Part shown: positions 11,414-23,218 of the stretch, one piece after another
How the letters are laid out: every line of letters starts with the position of its first letter
Numbering within the stretch: position 1 is the first letter of the stretch
Assembly (NCBI GenBank): GCA_040437565.1
Contig: JBDOQK010000008.1
Coordinates: forward strand, 620,001 to 644,908
Reading direction: 5' to 3'
DNA: 24,908 bases
Source: Albugo candida
Lineage: Eukaryota
Made by a program: the position numbers and the translations under genes
Notes under the pieces: model-generated
The model's database searches: none
What the model saw: only the letters and a program-made list of their open reading frames with translations
What the model was told of the DNA's origin: nothing

Positions 11414-13660
11414 TGTGTGAGATGGAAACTCCAAAGACGGCGGCGGAACTGCAACAATTCTTATGTGTAGTAAATTGGATGCGGAACGACATTTCGAACT
11501 ATTCAACATTGGTCAATAATCTCCATGAAGTTCTAGAAGTAGTCGCAAAGGCGGCAGGTGGTCACAAGAAGCGGAATCTCATTCATGTGCTTTTGCAAGA
11601 TCACGGATGGACATGAATGTTAAAAAAAGTGAAGGACGCATTGTATGCAATGGTGCCTGTGGCACATCCAGAAGAAATTTTGAGTGTATGTGTCTATACG
11701 GATGCATCCCAAGATCACTGGGGAGATATAGTTACGCACTTAGCTCCAGAAGGGCTATTCAAACCAAGAGCGGAGCAGAATCATTTTCCTTTTGGCGTTT
11801 ATTAGGGGTTCATTTCATGGACAATTATTGAGAAAGAAACCTATGCAATAGTGGAAATGTGCAAAAGATTGGAGTATATATCGCTATGAGCAAAAGTATT
11901 TCATATCTCCACGGAGCATAGAAACTTACAATTCATCTTCGATCCAGGGAGTATTGACAGTACTATAGCTCGATGTAGAGCTGACAAGCTACAGCGTTGG
12001 TCAACGGTGCTGAAAACGTTTCGATACACCGTGGAGCATGTGGCCGATACCGAAAACGTCTGGGATGACCTACTATCCAGATGGGGATGTGGAGATAATT
12101 AAGATGTAAAGCGGAAAAAAACGAAATGCTGTGCTTTGGCAGTTGTTGAGAACGTTTCGCCACTACAAAGAGACGGGTTTGAGTGGCCAGCACTGGATGA
12201 TACAAGAGAAATTCAACAAAGAGAAATTGGGACAACTTGCCATCCGAATCTTATAATGGATAAGCAGCGGCTACTTTGGACGGATCAAAGTGGACGTATC
12301 TGGATACCGGACAGCGGCATTACATTACAAAAGAGACTTTGTGTGGTAGCGGATGTGGGTCCAGCAGGTCATCGTGAAATCGATACAACATCAGACATAC
12401 TGCCAAAATACATGATAAGGAAAACGATGAAAGCTGATGGATAATCTTCGTCAACAATGCTTATAGTTTCTGACGGCAAACGGTCGAGAATGTCCACAAC
12501 CGTATGTAGAAACACCACATGCGACGAAACCAAATGAGCTTTTACATTTTTATTTCTCGTCGATACCTAAAGGATTGCATGGTTATACGTACGTGCTCGT
12601 ACTAGCGGATGGTATGAGTGGATTTTGTGAACTTGTACCCACAACAGGGACGAATACGGAGGTGGTAGTTCAAGAATTGATGAATTGGTTCAAACGATAT
12701 GGTTCCGTCTTCTTATGGGTTTCGTATGTAGGCTCACAATTCATCCGTAGAAAGTCCGAAAACCCTTGGACACTCAACATTATTTTGTTACGGCTTATTA
12801 TCCGTGGGCAAACGGGACCGTTGAGGTCATGAATCGGCAGTTGTTGAAAGTAATCTGTTCATCACTGATTGAACAACAACAAAATATTGAACTTGGCCCA
12901 GTTTGTTACCGCTCTTTTTTATCTACGATCAACCAGCTACCGCCAAATCGACTTGGAGTAATTGCTTCAGTAACGGCTTTTGCTGCGTTGCCGCATAAGG
13001 ACCCAATAAGCGTTCTGTATCAGCCATCACTATAACAAGGAATGGCCGCGTTTATCGAAAATTAACTCAGGGCAATGCATCGCCATCACGTGTCAGTATT
13101 GCATTGTATACGGGATGCTATGCACAAGCAAGCATCTTGAAGCTTCCCGCGAAAAGAATGAAGCCTCTCGGCACAGACATGCACAGAAACATGGCTTCTG
13201 TCCCGTGAACTTCGAAATTGGCGATTTCGTCCTGACGGGGAGTATTTCAAGGCGTACTAGCAAATCGATGCTTCTGTGGAAATGCCCTTATCGAATGATG
13301 GCAATGTCAATCGTCTGGACTTCTGACGTCTAGGAATAGGTGGTTCCATTCAGTATCATCACAAGACATGTCACCAGGTTGAAGTTTTTCGAATATAAGA
13401 TTTGGACTTCTTTCAAGAGTTAACGAACTACGTAGTGTAAGCGAACGGATGGTATTTAGTAATTCGTTTCTTGGGCTGCCGCCTCAATCCTGATAAACAT
13501 CACTGAGGGATACTCATGGAAAGGATTGTATTGGAAGACACGGAGAATAGCTGGGAGCCAGTCAGTGTCCTGATGGAAGTCATCCCTACCCTATTGAAGA
13601 AGTGGTTGAATACCGAACCCAAAGTGACCGACATGCGAAGAATCATTGTCATTGAAACTT
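11414..13660 (+). pseudogene. Gypsy pol C-terminal half: RT thumb, RNase H, integrase, chromodomain
   Basis: PKTAAELQQFLCVVNWMR; CVYTDASQDHWG; EKETYAIV; STEHRNL (TDHRNL-like); ADKLQRW; ENVWDDLLSRWG; RIWIP...AGHR; PNELLH; WFKRYG; PWANGTVE; LEDTENSWEPVSVL (~13531-13572). Confidence 0.92.
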
Positions 13661-13661
13661 C

Positions 13662-13677
13662 AAGAAGGAGAGGGAAA
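13662..13677 (+). other. Polypurine tract of the gypsy element
   Basis: 16 consecutive purines AAGAAGGAGAGGGAAA just after the chromodomain. Confidence 0.75.
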
Positions 13678-14019
13678 CGATGGGTTAGGTACCGTTTACG
13701 TATCTAGTTAGGAACCGTTACGTCTCTAACGTATCAGGTTAGGACTTTGGATCGAGACATTATTCTGGATATTGGTGCAAGGTCTCTTTCTACATTTTTN
13801 NNNNNNNNNNNNNNNNNNNNNNNNNNNNNNNNNNNNNNNNNNNNNNNNNNNNNNNNNNNNNNNNNNNNNNNNNNNNNNNNNNNNNNNNNNNNNNNNNNNC
13901 AAGGTCTCTTTCTACATTTTTCAGAGGAGAGGTTTAAAAAACATAACACACGTACTTTTTACTCAACAAGAGAGTCAATCAAGCTATCGACGAATTTGTC
14001 GTCTGGATTGCTTGCCGGA
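13678..14019 (+). repeat. Putative gypsy 3' LTR (right boundary 13948 or 14019); contains gap 13800-13899 with a 22-bp overlap duplication
   Basis: Follows the PPT, non-coding, has internal imperfect repeats (GTTAGGTACCGTTTACGTATCTA / GTTAGGAACCGTTACGTCTCTA); 13999-14019 is identical to window positions 3-23; CATAACA at 13942-13948 is an alternative canonical end. Confidence 0.6.
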
Positions 14020-15772
14020 GGATTTGTGGAAGACAAATCACGAGGAAACGCCGCTCAAATTTGGATATGCCAGCGTTTCGAATAAAAAAACGCTGTATAC
14101 ACTAGATTCGGCCATTGCTCCTGGTCGCCATACCAATTGTGGGGTAGCTTACTACGACAGCTCTAAAATTTTTGCCAGCAATGTCTTGATCTAACTTCAT
14201 CAAACCAATGAAAGACTCTGCTGTGTCCGTCCCATTGACTGTCCAAATACCTAAAACGACAAACTTTGTCGTCAAGTTTCTCACCGGAAGCGGTAAACCT
14301 GCCTCCACTAAATTTGAAATTATCCACGATCTTATGTGCGCTCACGAAAGCTCTGTATGTATAAGAGAAATGGAATACGAAGAAGCCTTTAATATGGGAG
14401 GATTTAACAATGTTGAAAAGTGGCAAGACATTCCTCACACCATCCTTCTGTTTTCAGCACTCTTCAAGTCGATCTGAAGAACTGGTTCCTATTGTGCTGG
14501 CTGACATTCCCAGTGCAGAGAGCAACGGGACCGAGGAATTGTGCTTGTTTGAAGGTCCAAGGAAAAGTTTTTAACAACTAAATTGATTCTCTACAAGCAG
14601 TCTCCTGTAGAGAATTTCGTGGTAACTTTATGGATGGGATAGGAAAGCGTCACCAGTGTATGCCATGATAGATTTGAAGAACCTTCGGATTGTGACCCTA
14701 GAAGGATAACCGTGACCAGATGCAATGGATGAGGGTAGCCAACCTAAAGAGACTGTTACTTGAGGGCTTTCAATAGGAACATGTTTGTTATTTTGGAACT
14801 ACTTATGTCTACTTGGTTTTTTTAAAATAAGAAAAATATTTGCTATCCGCTGATTGAGGCAAAATCTTTATTTCCGTCTTCGCCAAAATTGTTTCATGCA
14901 GTAGCATTTTTGGCCTTCTCAGTCACAGATAATAATATAGAAAGTTTCCAGGGTTTGCGTCACCTCACTAAAACACTATAGCAAGTTGGATAGATAATAC
15001 TGACTTAAAGGTGTTCATACTACTAGAATTACACTCACACACTCACAAACAAGAAACTACGCACATACATAACTTTAAGAGATTATCTGTTAACGCTGGT
15101 GACATGTCTTGCTGTTGGCAGTCTTATTATGTGACTATGTTTAAATTTACCGTGCAGGTTTGGTTGCTGAAAAATATGGTTCATAGATTACGAATTACAA
15201 AATCAGTCTATCGGCAGTAGCATTGAATGATGTGCTAAATTGATGATATATTCGAGACACTTGATCTTGAAATAGAAGCTGTGTTCTCCTATTCCAATGT
15301 ACACGAATCTAAAAGACATGTAAAATGCTATTGAAATTTGCAATGATTTGTTCGCTGTGAAGAACTACTGTACAGAGCTGTCTATACTACTCTGCTTCAT
15401 CTTCGACACAGCCATATAAAGCTATAGTGCAAAAAAATCAAGATCCGATAATGAGATCCACCTATGTTGCATCTATACGCAATAAACCGATCGCATCTAC
15501 ATGAAAGGACAGGCCTGTAGAATCAATTTTAGCATGTGGCTGACATATATACGCAATGGCGACCATTTGGCTAGAGCTCCACATTAAGCAGCTTCTTCAT
15601 GACGATTTCTTCCACCAATTCAGGAGTAGGTAATGACTCATTGCATCAAAAACAGCAAAATTACCTATTGATGCCTTGCTTACTTCCTTAATTTACTAGA
15701 CTGCACATTTTTTGCAGCATCAGGAAATGTTTTATATTATAAATAAATTGTTTTTTGCGAATTATCTGTAAT

Positions 15773-15854
15773 GTCAGTGTGCCCGAGCGGTCTAAGGGGG
15801 TAGACTCAAGTTCTACTGTATTCGTACTCGTGGGTTCAAATCCCACCGCTGACA
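15773..15854 (+). tRNA. tRNA-Leu(CAA): tRNA-Leu (anticodon CAA), intronless, 82 nt
   Basis: Acceptor GTCAGTG/CGCTGAC+A; D arm GCCCGAGCGGTCTAAGGG; anticodon arm GTAGA-CTCAAGT-TCTAC; long variable arm; T arm GTGGG-TTCAAAT-CCCAC; TTTT Pol III terminator at 15858-15861; AT-rich TATA-like tract ~30 bp upstream. Confidence 0.97.
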
Positions 15855-16149
15855 AAATTTTCTTTGTGCTTGAGCAAATGATGGTCATGCTTTATCAGCC
15901 ATTACTACCTGTTTCCCATCTCTGTTCTTTACCGATCCTCTTGTGATATTCAGTTGACGGTGTCCATATTACTAAAGCCAACTGGGTTCTCGACTAGTTG
16001 AAGTTGTCTATATTACTAGAATTAGACGTAAATGACTTTTCTAATGCCTAAACTACAATAAATGAACAAAATGAAGGCAATGTTGGTCTAGAAAGCCGCA
16101 GCGAGGCTCAGCGACTGGAATAAGATAGTACTGAGTTAGAACGCCACGC

Positions 16150-16360
16150 ATCACCGACTTAGCATCGTTGACGGAGTCGAACTTGAAGCAGGCTGGGCCG
16201 AGAGAGAAATACCTCCTGGCTGAACCAGTATGTTGATAAGACGCTAATACTTGTGTCAACTGCTCGAGCTGTTCCGTATCATAGCACTGCCGTTGAAAAT
16301 ACCGGATATGGGCACTCAGTGTGGTATAAACCACCGAAACTGTTGGGTTCTCGACTATCT
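16150..16360 (-). mobile_element. Possible 3' fragment of an L1-like non-LTR retrotransposon ORF2
   Basis: PTVSVVYTTLSAHIRYFQRQCYDTEQLEQLTQVL resembles, from recall only, the C-terminus of oomycete LINE pol-like proteins; no RT motif seen. Confidence 0.35.
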
Positions 16361-18712
16361 GCAGGAAAGAAAGTTTATAAGAGACCTGCAGAATATGTCT
16401 TCTCGCAGTTAGCGCCGTATTGTGGTTGCCTGAAACCACTACAATAGGACACTGTCCAGCTTGTTAAAAATGTTCAGTTTATAATACAGTAGGACCGTGT
16501 TTTTCAACTTGGTGTCACCGCACTAGGTGAACATAGCCATCCTGTTGAAGCTGATTTCCCTGAACCAGTGTGGAACACATCAGGCTAATCAACTTACAGC
16601 TATTGGACACTAAATTAGTGGCTCGTCCAGTACGAGAAGGCTAAGACTAGCTAGCAAAGTGAACTAAGGACCTCCTACATTTAATATATATTACTTTCCA
16701 AATTTTATCTTAAGTGCTCAAAACATCCAACCAGGATTAGGACTTGAGTTGCGCTTGTAATTCTACTTGCCGGTGCCGTACCCCCAGCATCTTCGACTTC
16801 GGAAAGATCGGCCAACTGATTGTTTCGAGTAGATTAATCACACTTTGAAAGACGGATGCGTTCGTCTTGATCGTAACACTGTCTGCGACAGTACCCAATT
16901 TGCGCACTAAACGTGGTGTATACTTTGTGATATTCACAAAGCGACAAGCGGCTAATCGCACTTTGCCCACCCTCGCTCAACGCAATGAATACGTACATGA
17001 TCAACAAATAAAATACTCTTATTTACAGCTCCTACAATCCATCCATATCTTATGAATGGAACCTCACAATTATTACCACTCTGTACAATCACCTATGATG
17101 TGCTATGAAATCCTGGATGGTAAGTAGCGCTTCGGCTGCGTATCTCGTCATATTTTGCCTTCTCACATAACTTTCTTGCGTAACTGCTTGCTCTCCTTTA
17201 TTCAGTATTGCTGTGATCACAATCACATTTGTTCACTAAATCGCGCCAATGTGTAACTGCGTCTGACAGAACGGGCGATCTCATTTCGAACTATATGTTT
17301 TCTTTTTATGGAACAATGAATTTGATACCAACTCAAAACGCGTCCTGTCTTGCAAATTGCTTCACTCTTCTTGTTTGTGCACTTTGAACGGCTGCGGATG
17401 ATTGCGTATCTCAAAGGATATGAGGCGCCAAAGGTTACATCCATGCATCACGAGGATTTCTATGGAGCCGTTCTAATCCTTGCTTTATCATTCCATATAT
17501 TTAATATGAACATTAGCGTTTCCCCGTACCCATCCAAGCGCAATATCATCGCAGGTTGCCGAATTCAAAAGCCGATATTTCGTATAAGAGCACGTTCTGA
17601 CCACTTGCAAATCTCCTTCAGGCCGTACATTAAGGAACACCTCAGAATGTATGGCCTCAGAAGCGCTACAGCCATGATATAACTGTGCGTCTTTGTCCTG
17701 AAAATGCCGTGCTTCGATCGATCTGATGCTTGGTCAATTAATGACCAAAAATACCGCGGTAGGTATCCTTCACTCGTCCTTCAAAGTGCATCCCCGTGTC
17801 GCTCCCTAGGAGCGTATAGAAACTTTGTAGAAAAAGTTATAGGTGCCGAGAGAGCAGACAGTTTCGACTGATTTTTTGATTCGTACGCATGGGATGCATT
17901 GGATTATATGTGAGCTGTGCGCAGTTCCCTCCCTGTTTTATCGCTTCATATTGTGTACTTCATTCTCACTAATTGCTGTCGGCGGTCGTGCCTCGTGCTT
18001 CGCTATGAATATAGGTCGGTCGTTTTCATGTCTCTGCACACGAACCGTGCGACTTGAGTCACCGAAAACGATAAAAAAAAACATGGCATGTGCTCTAAAA
18101 ATATATCTGCGGCCGCTTAATCCACACGTATGTCAGCCTGCCATCAGGATGTCAACTTGTTTATATACATTAAGGAAATTTCTACGTCAGACTCGCTTTG
18201 AAGCGCGGTCATTTCGTCATTCTTAATATCACTGCATAATACCATTCTCCTTTGATTCGAACTCTCTCAAGCTTTATATTTAACTTCACTCTGGCACTCG
18301 ATACATCTACGAACTTTGATAATATCGCAGATCTCAGCACCACGCTATCATCCTCGAACTAATTTGACGTCAACGCTGACTACGCTTGCTTTTGTAACCA
18401 TGATTGTCGGCTTATATATTCATTTCTCTCTGGTAACAGGAACCTGGCAATCCGTCTCATCCTACATCGTACGTGTCCTAAGGGCAGTTCTGTTGTACTG
18501 TCGAATTCGCATTTCAATAATTGCACAAATTCTACCTTTCCGTAACAGCTGCGCTGAATAAAAAGTCCATTTGATATGACTGGTTGCACACAGGAAAGGT
18601 TTTACAATCTCATACAAAGTCCCTCAATAATTGCAGAAACCATCTGTTTAGATACTCATATTTGATTCTGTATGTGGAATCTCTGCATTCGTCACACAAT
18701 TCAATTGATCGA

Positions 18713-21260
18713 ATGGAATCCCAAAGTCCCAAAGCTGAGTACACCTCCGTACAAACTCCAAAGTGTGTAAAACCCGACATTGAGGCAAAATCGAGTCAGA
18801 ATGGAACATATAATCAACACCATTCCTTCAAACAAATCCTTTGGGTCATTAGCATGCAGTGCTTCATCATAGCGTGTGTTGGCGTGTTCTTGTACGGTCA
18901 TATGGCATATTGGACCCCAACTTTCCAATTGCGTCTAAAGGAAAAGATTGGAGCATGGTGGGACGTCCCTTCATCCTTTATCGGATATTTTCTCTCTTCT
19001 ACAGCACCCGGACACCAAGAAATGATTCGACCAACATATTTTCTCTTATTTTGCTTCGTTCCTCTCCTTGCGAGCGTTCTTCTCATCGAATGGATCAGCC
19101 GTCCGACTTTATATCGTGTATCGTCTCAATATCTCATGCAAGCAGGAACGCTCTTACGTCGTCGTCCAGTTATTTGGAATAAAACGAAATTGTGCTGGTA
19201 CACTTTTGGAGAGCTTTTTCTGATTTTTCTGCTTACTTTTGGTAACTGCTGGGCGTATTCGTACGCCTACACTCGCTCTCGTTTGTATCAACACACTTTG
19301 TCGGAACCACTGACCAAGAGCCAATATCTCGAAGCGCTTAGTGTTGGATTTGGGTATGTAAGCGTCTTCAATCTTGCATTTCTTTACATTTTTATCACGC
19401 GAAACCACGCTTGGATGGAGTTTCTCGGAATCTCATACCCAAACGCTGTCAAGTATCATCGCTGGATTGGGACAATTGCGATCGTGACGGCTATTATCCA
19501 CTTTGTTGTCTATTGTATCGCATATATCAGAGAGAAAAAACTTCTCAAAATGATCCTCCCATGCTGGAATTGTTCGCTAGGGAGTACAGAGGGAAAGGAG
19601 ATTTGGGTCAATGTATTTGGAGGCATAACGCTGCTACTTTTCTTAACAATTGGAATCACATCGATTCCGTGGTTCCGAAGACGAAAATATGCGATATTTT
19701 ACTCTGTTCATCAATTGTTTACCATCGCAATGATCACCCTTGTAATGCATTTTGCTGGGTCTGTATGGTGGATTCTACCGTCTGTTTTGCTGTATCTGAC
19801 GACAAGAGCGATCTCATTCTGTAATGGACGCAGTNNNNNNNNNNNNNNNNNNNNNNNNNNNNNNNNNNNNNNNNNNNNNNNNNNNNNNNNNNNNNNNNNN
19901 NNNNNNNNNNNNNNNNNNNNNNNNNNNNNNNNNNTACTCTGTTCATCAATTGTTTACCATCGCAATGATCACCCTTGTAATGCATTTTGCTGGGTCTGTA
20001 TGGTGGATTCTACCGTCTGTTTTGCTGTATCTGACGACAAGAGCGATCTCATTCTGTAATGGACGCAGTTCCTTGTGGATCGATGCAATTGGAATTTATC
20101 AGAGTAGTGAAAGGGATGGGATTCTCGAACTTGTTATTGTTCGATCCACAGGAAAGGACGGAGAGTACGAAACGGGTCAGTTTGTATATCTCAATGTACC
20201 CGCAATCTCACAATTAGAATGGCATCCGTTCACTATTGCTTCCTCCCCAGCAACCGATCCTCAACGTCTCACTCTTCTCATAAAGCCTTTAGGAACTTGG
20301 ACACAGCGGTTGGTAGAGCATCTTAATGAATGTGAAACGCAGGAATGCATGCCTGTGATGCATCTTGATGGGTTCTACGGTGCCTCTCTTCGACCCTTCT
20401 TTGATCATCCCACACTCTGCATGGTCACCGGTGGCATTGGTGTGACTCCAGCAATACCGATTCTCGAAGATATCCTGAAACAAAACTTATTATCCAACGA
20501 CTCACACGAGATTTTCTTTATTTTTGGCTTCCGTGAAATCGAGCTACTCCACCAATTATCGCCATTACTGCAGCGATTACGTGAAGCGGATTTACATCAG
20601 CGTTTCCACACGTACCTTTTCTGGACATTAGCATCCAACTCAACGCTCGACAAACCATTAAATTATTCCCCGCATTCCATTCAGCCGCACAACTATCGCA
20701 AATTGCCAAATGCAAGAAACGATATGTCCAATAAGAGCGCTCATAGACCCTTTGGAAATGCTCTCCAGGGCGCTCAATGTGTCAAATGTATCGTACATGT
20801 GTCTACTTTTTTGGTCGCTGTCCTTTGTATCGGAGGAGTGGAATATAACAGCCAGTACATTAAGAAACACGCTCCAAACTTATGGCCTCTACAGCGCTGT
20901 GCAGCAGGAATTATTATGTATCTATGCATTCTGATCCCATTTTTTGCCATTTATCTTTGGCAACGCACTGAAGCCATTACGCCTTTGACGGAAATGAAAG
21001 CACAGTGGGAGTCTGTGAATCTCGATATCCTCACGTATCGCGATCTCTTGCACCATTTCAATGCGCAAAATGGCCGTCCTACAATCGACTCGATATTCGA
21101 CCAAATGATCGCTAAATCGCCACAATTGGCATCCACTTCTCGCCCATCTATCAGCGTCTTGGTGTCTGGTCCAGAAAGTCTTGAAAAGACTGTGCAGAAA
21201 GCTGTTGTGGACAGAGGAAGCAAACATTTTCGAGTCTTTTCAGAAGAATTCAATTTGTAG
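18713..21260 (+). CDS. Ferric-chelate reductase (FRO/FRE-like flavocytochrome), 770 aa after collapsing the gap
   Basis: Heme His pairs YHRWIGTIAIVTAIIH and YSVHQLFTIAMITLVMH; FAD motifs GQFVYLNVP and EWHPFTIAS; NAD(P)H motifs DGFYG, TGGIGVTP, VSGPESL; C-terminal EEFNL. Removing 100 N plus the 135-bp duplicate leaves 2313 nt = 771 codons from ATG 18713, with no intron needed. Confidence 0.95.
19700..20069. other. Assembly gap (19835-19934) flanked by an exact 135-bp duplication
   Basis: 19700-19834 equals 19935-20069. Confidence 0.93.
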
Positions 21261-21414
21261 TCTGAAAGTGGGACATTTGTCGTAAAAAGAATAAGAAAAT
21301 GCGCGTATCAGTTCGTACAGTACGACTTTTTTTTGTCGTGATCGCCCAAAAGTATGTTCTTAATTGGCAAAAGTCAAAGTCAAATCGTACGCGTGCGACG
21401 TATTCTGCCACAAC

Positions 21415-23218
21415 ATGAGATCGAGCTTCCCATTTTATTCTTCTGAGTTGCTGTCAAATGACTCGCATTTAGCACACTTACAATCAAGTCGGCAGCTCAG
21501 TAAGTCAGCTGATGTGATTGAAAGCAATTTCTCAATCAATACATCGCATCGACGCAGTTATAATATCTGCACGAATGAAAGCCGTGGGATTATCATCCAA
21601 TACGCTGCGGTGGGTCTTATTTATGGTGCGATACCNNNNNNNNNNNNNNNNNNNNNNNNNNNNNNNNNNNNNNNNNNNNNNNNNNNNNNNNNNNNNNNNN
21701 NNNNNNNNNNNNNNNNNNNNNNNNNNNNNNNNNNNTGAAAGCCGTGGGATTATCATCCAATACGCTGCGGTGGGTCTTATTTATGGTGCGATACCTGGTA
21801 CGATATACCCATTCCTGCAGAATTATTACAATATGGAAGGAGACGAGATCGTAGCTGCTCGTAATCTCATCCTATTACCTTGGTCGTTCAAAATTGTGTA
21901 CAATTTTCTTACTGATTGTGTACCGATCAGAGGATATCGTCGTCGACCGTATCTTTTACTCGGCTGGAGCCTTTGCGTCGCCATGCTTTTGCTGATGGCT
22001 TTCACCGAAGTGGAAGCACCGTACTTTACGGATCCGAGCGTGCGATTTGTGGTCCCGGAACGGTATACACATGAGCAGGAAGAGAGTATACACGCTGAAA
22101 GAAAACCATCTGCGAGCAAATTTATTGTGTATATGATGTGGACGGCATTCGGCTATGTGTTAGTCGATGTCACAGCAGACGCTATGCTGGTCGAAGTCAC
22201 TCAACGAGAGCCTGAGAACATTCGAGGACACACACACAGTGCTGCGTATACTGTTCGAAGTATAGCTATGATTGTAGCCAATTGTATCAGTGGTATTTGT
22301 TTCAATGGGAAGGATTATGGAGGCACATTTGACTTTTTTCTCACATTTCCAGAACTGATGTTTGCTTTTGCGATTTTCTTGCTGCCAGTTTTCCCCATTG
22401 CATGGTTTCTTGTCTACGAGAATCGCTTTGAAGCACAACCAATTCGCCACTACATCCAAGATATTTGGATTGCGCTTCAGACCAAATTCGTATACCAGTT
22501 GCTTGCATATAAATTCCTCTCAGGCATTTGTTCCAATTTTACTTCAGTCGCTTTAGAACCAATGCAAATGTATTGGCTCAAAGTGACACCGTTTATGGAG
22601 AAAATCGCAAACATTTTCAGTTTTTGCACTATCGCTGTCACATTTTTCACTATTGCAAAGTATGGCTTACAATGGAATTTGCGCAGGACTATCGTGGGGA
22701 CTGCGCTACTTTCCATCGGACTGGATTCGATGCGGACTTTGAGCACAACTTGGAATTATATACGTAATCCTTGGCTCTGGCTATTCCTTCCTGTCCTTGA
22801 GCAAATACCTTTAGCAACGAGCTTCATATTGACAACGTACGTGTCGCTTGAGATTGGTGGCGTTGGACGAGAAGCTGCTTTGTATGGACTGCTTACATCA
22901 GTATCCAGTTTGGCCGAACCGGTGGGACAAACTATATCAAAACATATCAACGCGCAATTTCGTATCACCAACAAGGCGATACAACAGGATCCGAAGGACG
23001 TACGAATGCAGATCACCATCACTCTTGCTATAAAGTATGGCGCCCAGCTGTTTGCACTTGTATGGCTGCCATTGCTGCCTTTGCAGAAGCAGAAAACAAC
23101 AAGACTAACAGCAGGTCGTACTGATCAAGTCATCGGCTTGTGTACAATTGGGTATCTACTCTTGGCTTTTCTAGGCTCGATGGCGTCAAATCTGGTATCA
23201 GTCTGTACAACTGGTTGA
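21415..23218 (+). CDS. Folate-biopterin transporter (BT1/FBT family, MFS-like) membrane protein, 547 aa after collapsing the gap
   Basis: Motifs QYAAVGLIYG, LPWSFK, LTDCVPIRGYRRRPY, DVTADAMLVE, GREAALYGLLTS; many hydrophobic segments. Removing 100 N plus the 60-bp duplicate leaves 1644 nt = 548 codons from ATG 21415 (start is the first in-frame ATG, not verified). Confidence 0.88.
21576..21795. other. Assembly gap (21636-21735) flanked by an exact 60-bp duplication
   Basis: 21576-21635 equals 21736-21795. Confidence 0.93.

Larger units (their letters stand above)
1..14019 (+). mobile_element. Degenerate Ty3/gypsy (chromovirus-like) LTR retrotransposon interrupted by two copia insertions; 5' end probably runs off the window
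   Basis: Collinear + strand relics in gypsy order: gag (28-375 and 5694-6120), protease ALLDSGS (6218-6238), RT thumb ETPKTAAELQQFLCVVNWMR (from ~11423), RNase H VYTDAS / WTIIEKETYAIV, integrase YVLVLADGMSGF / AYYPWANGTVEVMNR, chromodomain ENSWEP, PPT at 13662-13677, then a non-coding LTR-like tract. Confidence 0.88.

Noticed and set aside
17730..17748. Inverted repeat TTGGTCA-N5-TGACCAA about 1 kb upstream of the reductase
   Set aside because: A 7-bp arm palindrome is expected by chance in 25 kb; no supporting context.
16737..18589. Several 60-130 aa ORFs upstream of the reductase
   Set aside because: Mostly non-ATG starts, no recognisable domains and no convincing splice model; treated as intergenic.
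18584..18712. N-terminal extension of the reductase in the ORF track
   Set aside because: Starts at TTG, a bacterial-style start call; the first in-frame ATG is at 18713.
18680..18712. Oomycete Inr/FPR core promoter element before the reductase
   Set aside because: Only a partial resemblance (GCATTC...CAATT); not close enough to call.
19700..20069. Apparent internal repeat or split of the reductase into two genes
   Set aside because: Gap-overlap duplicate; collapsing gives one continuous ORF.
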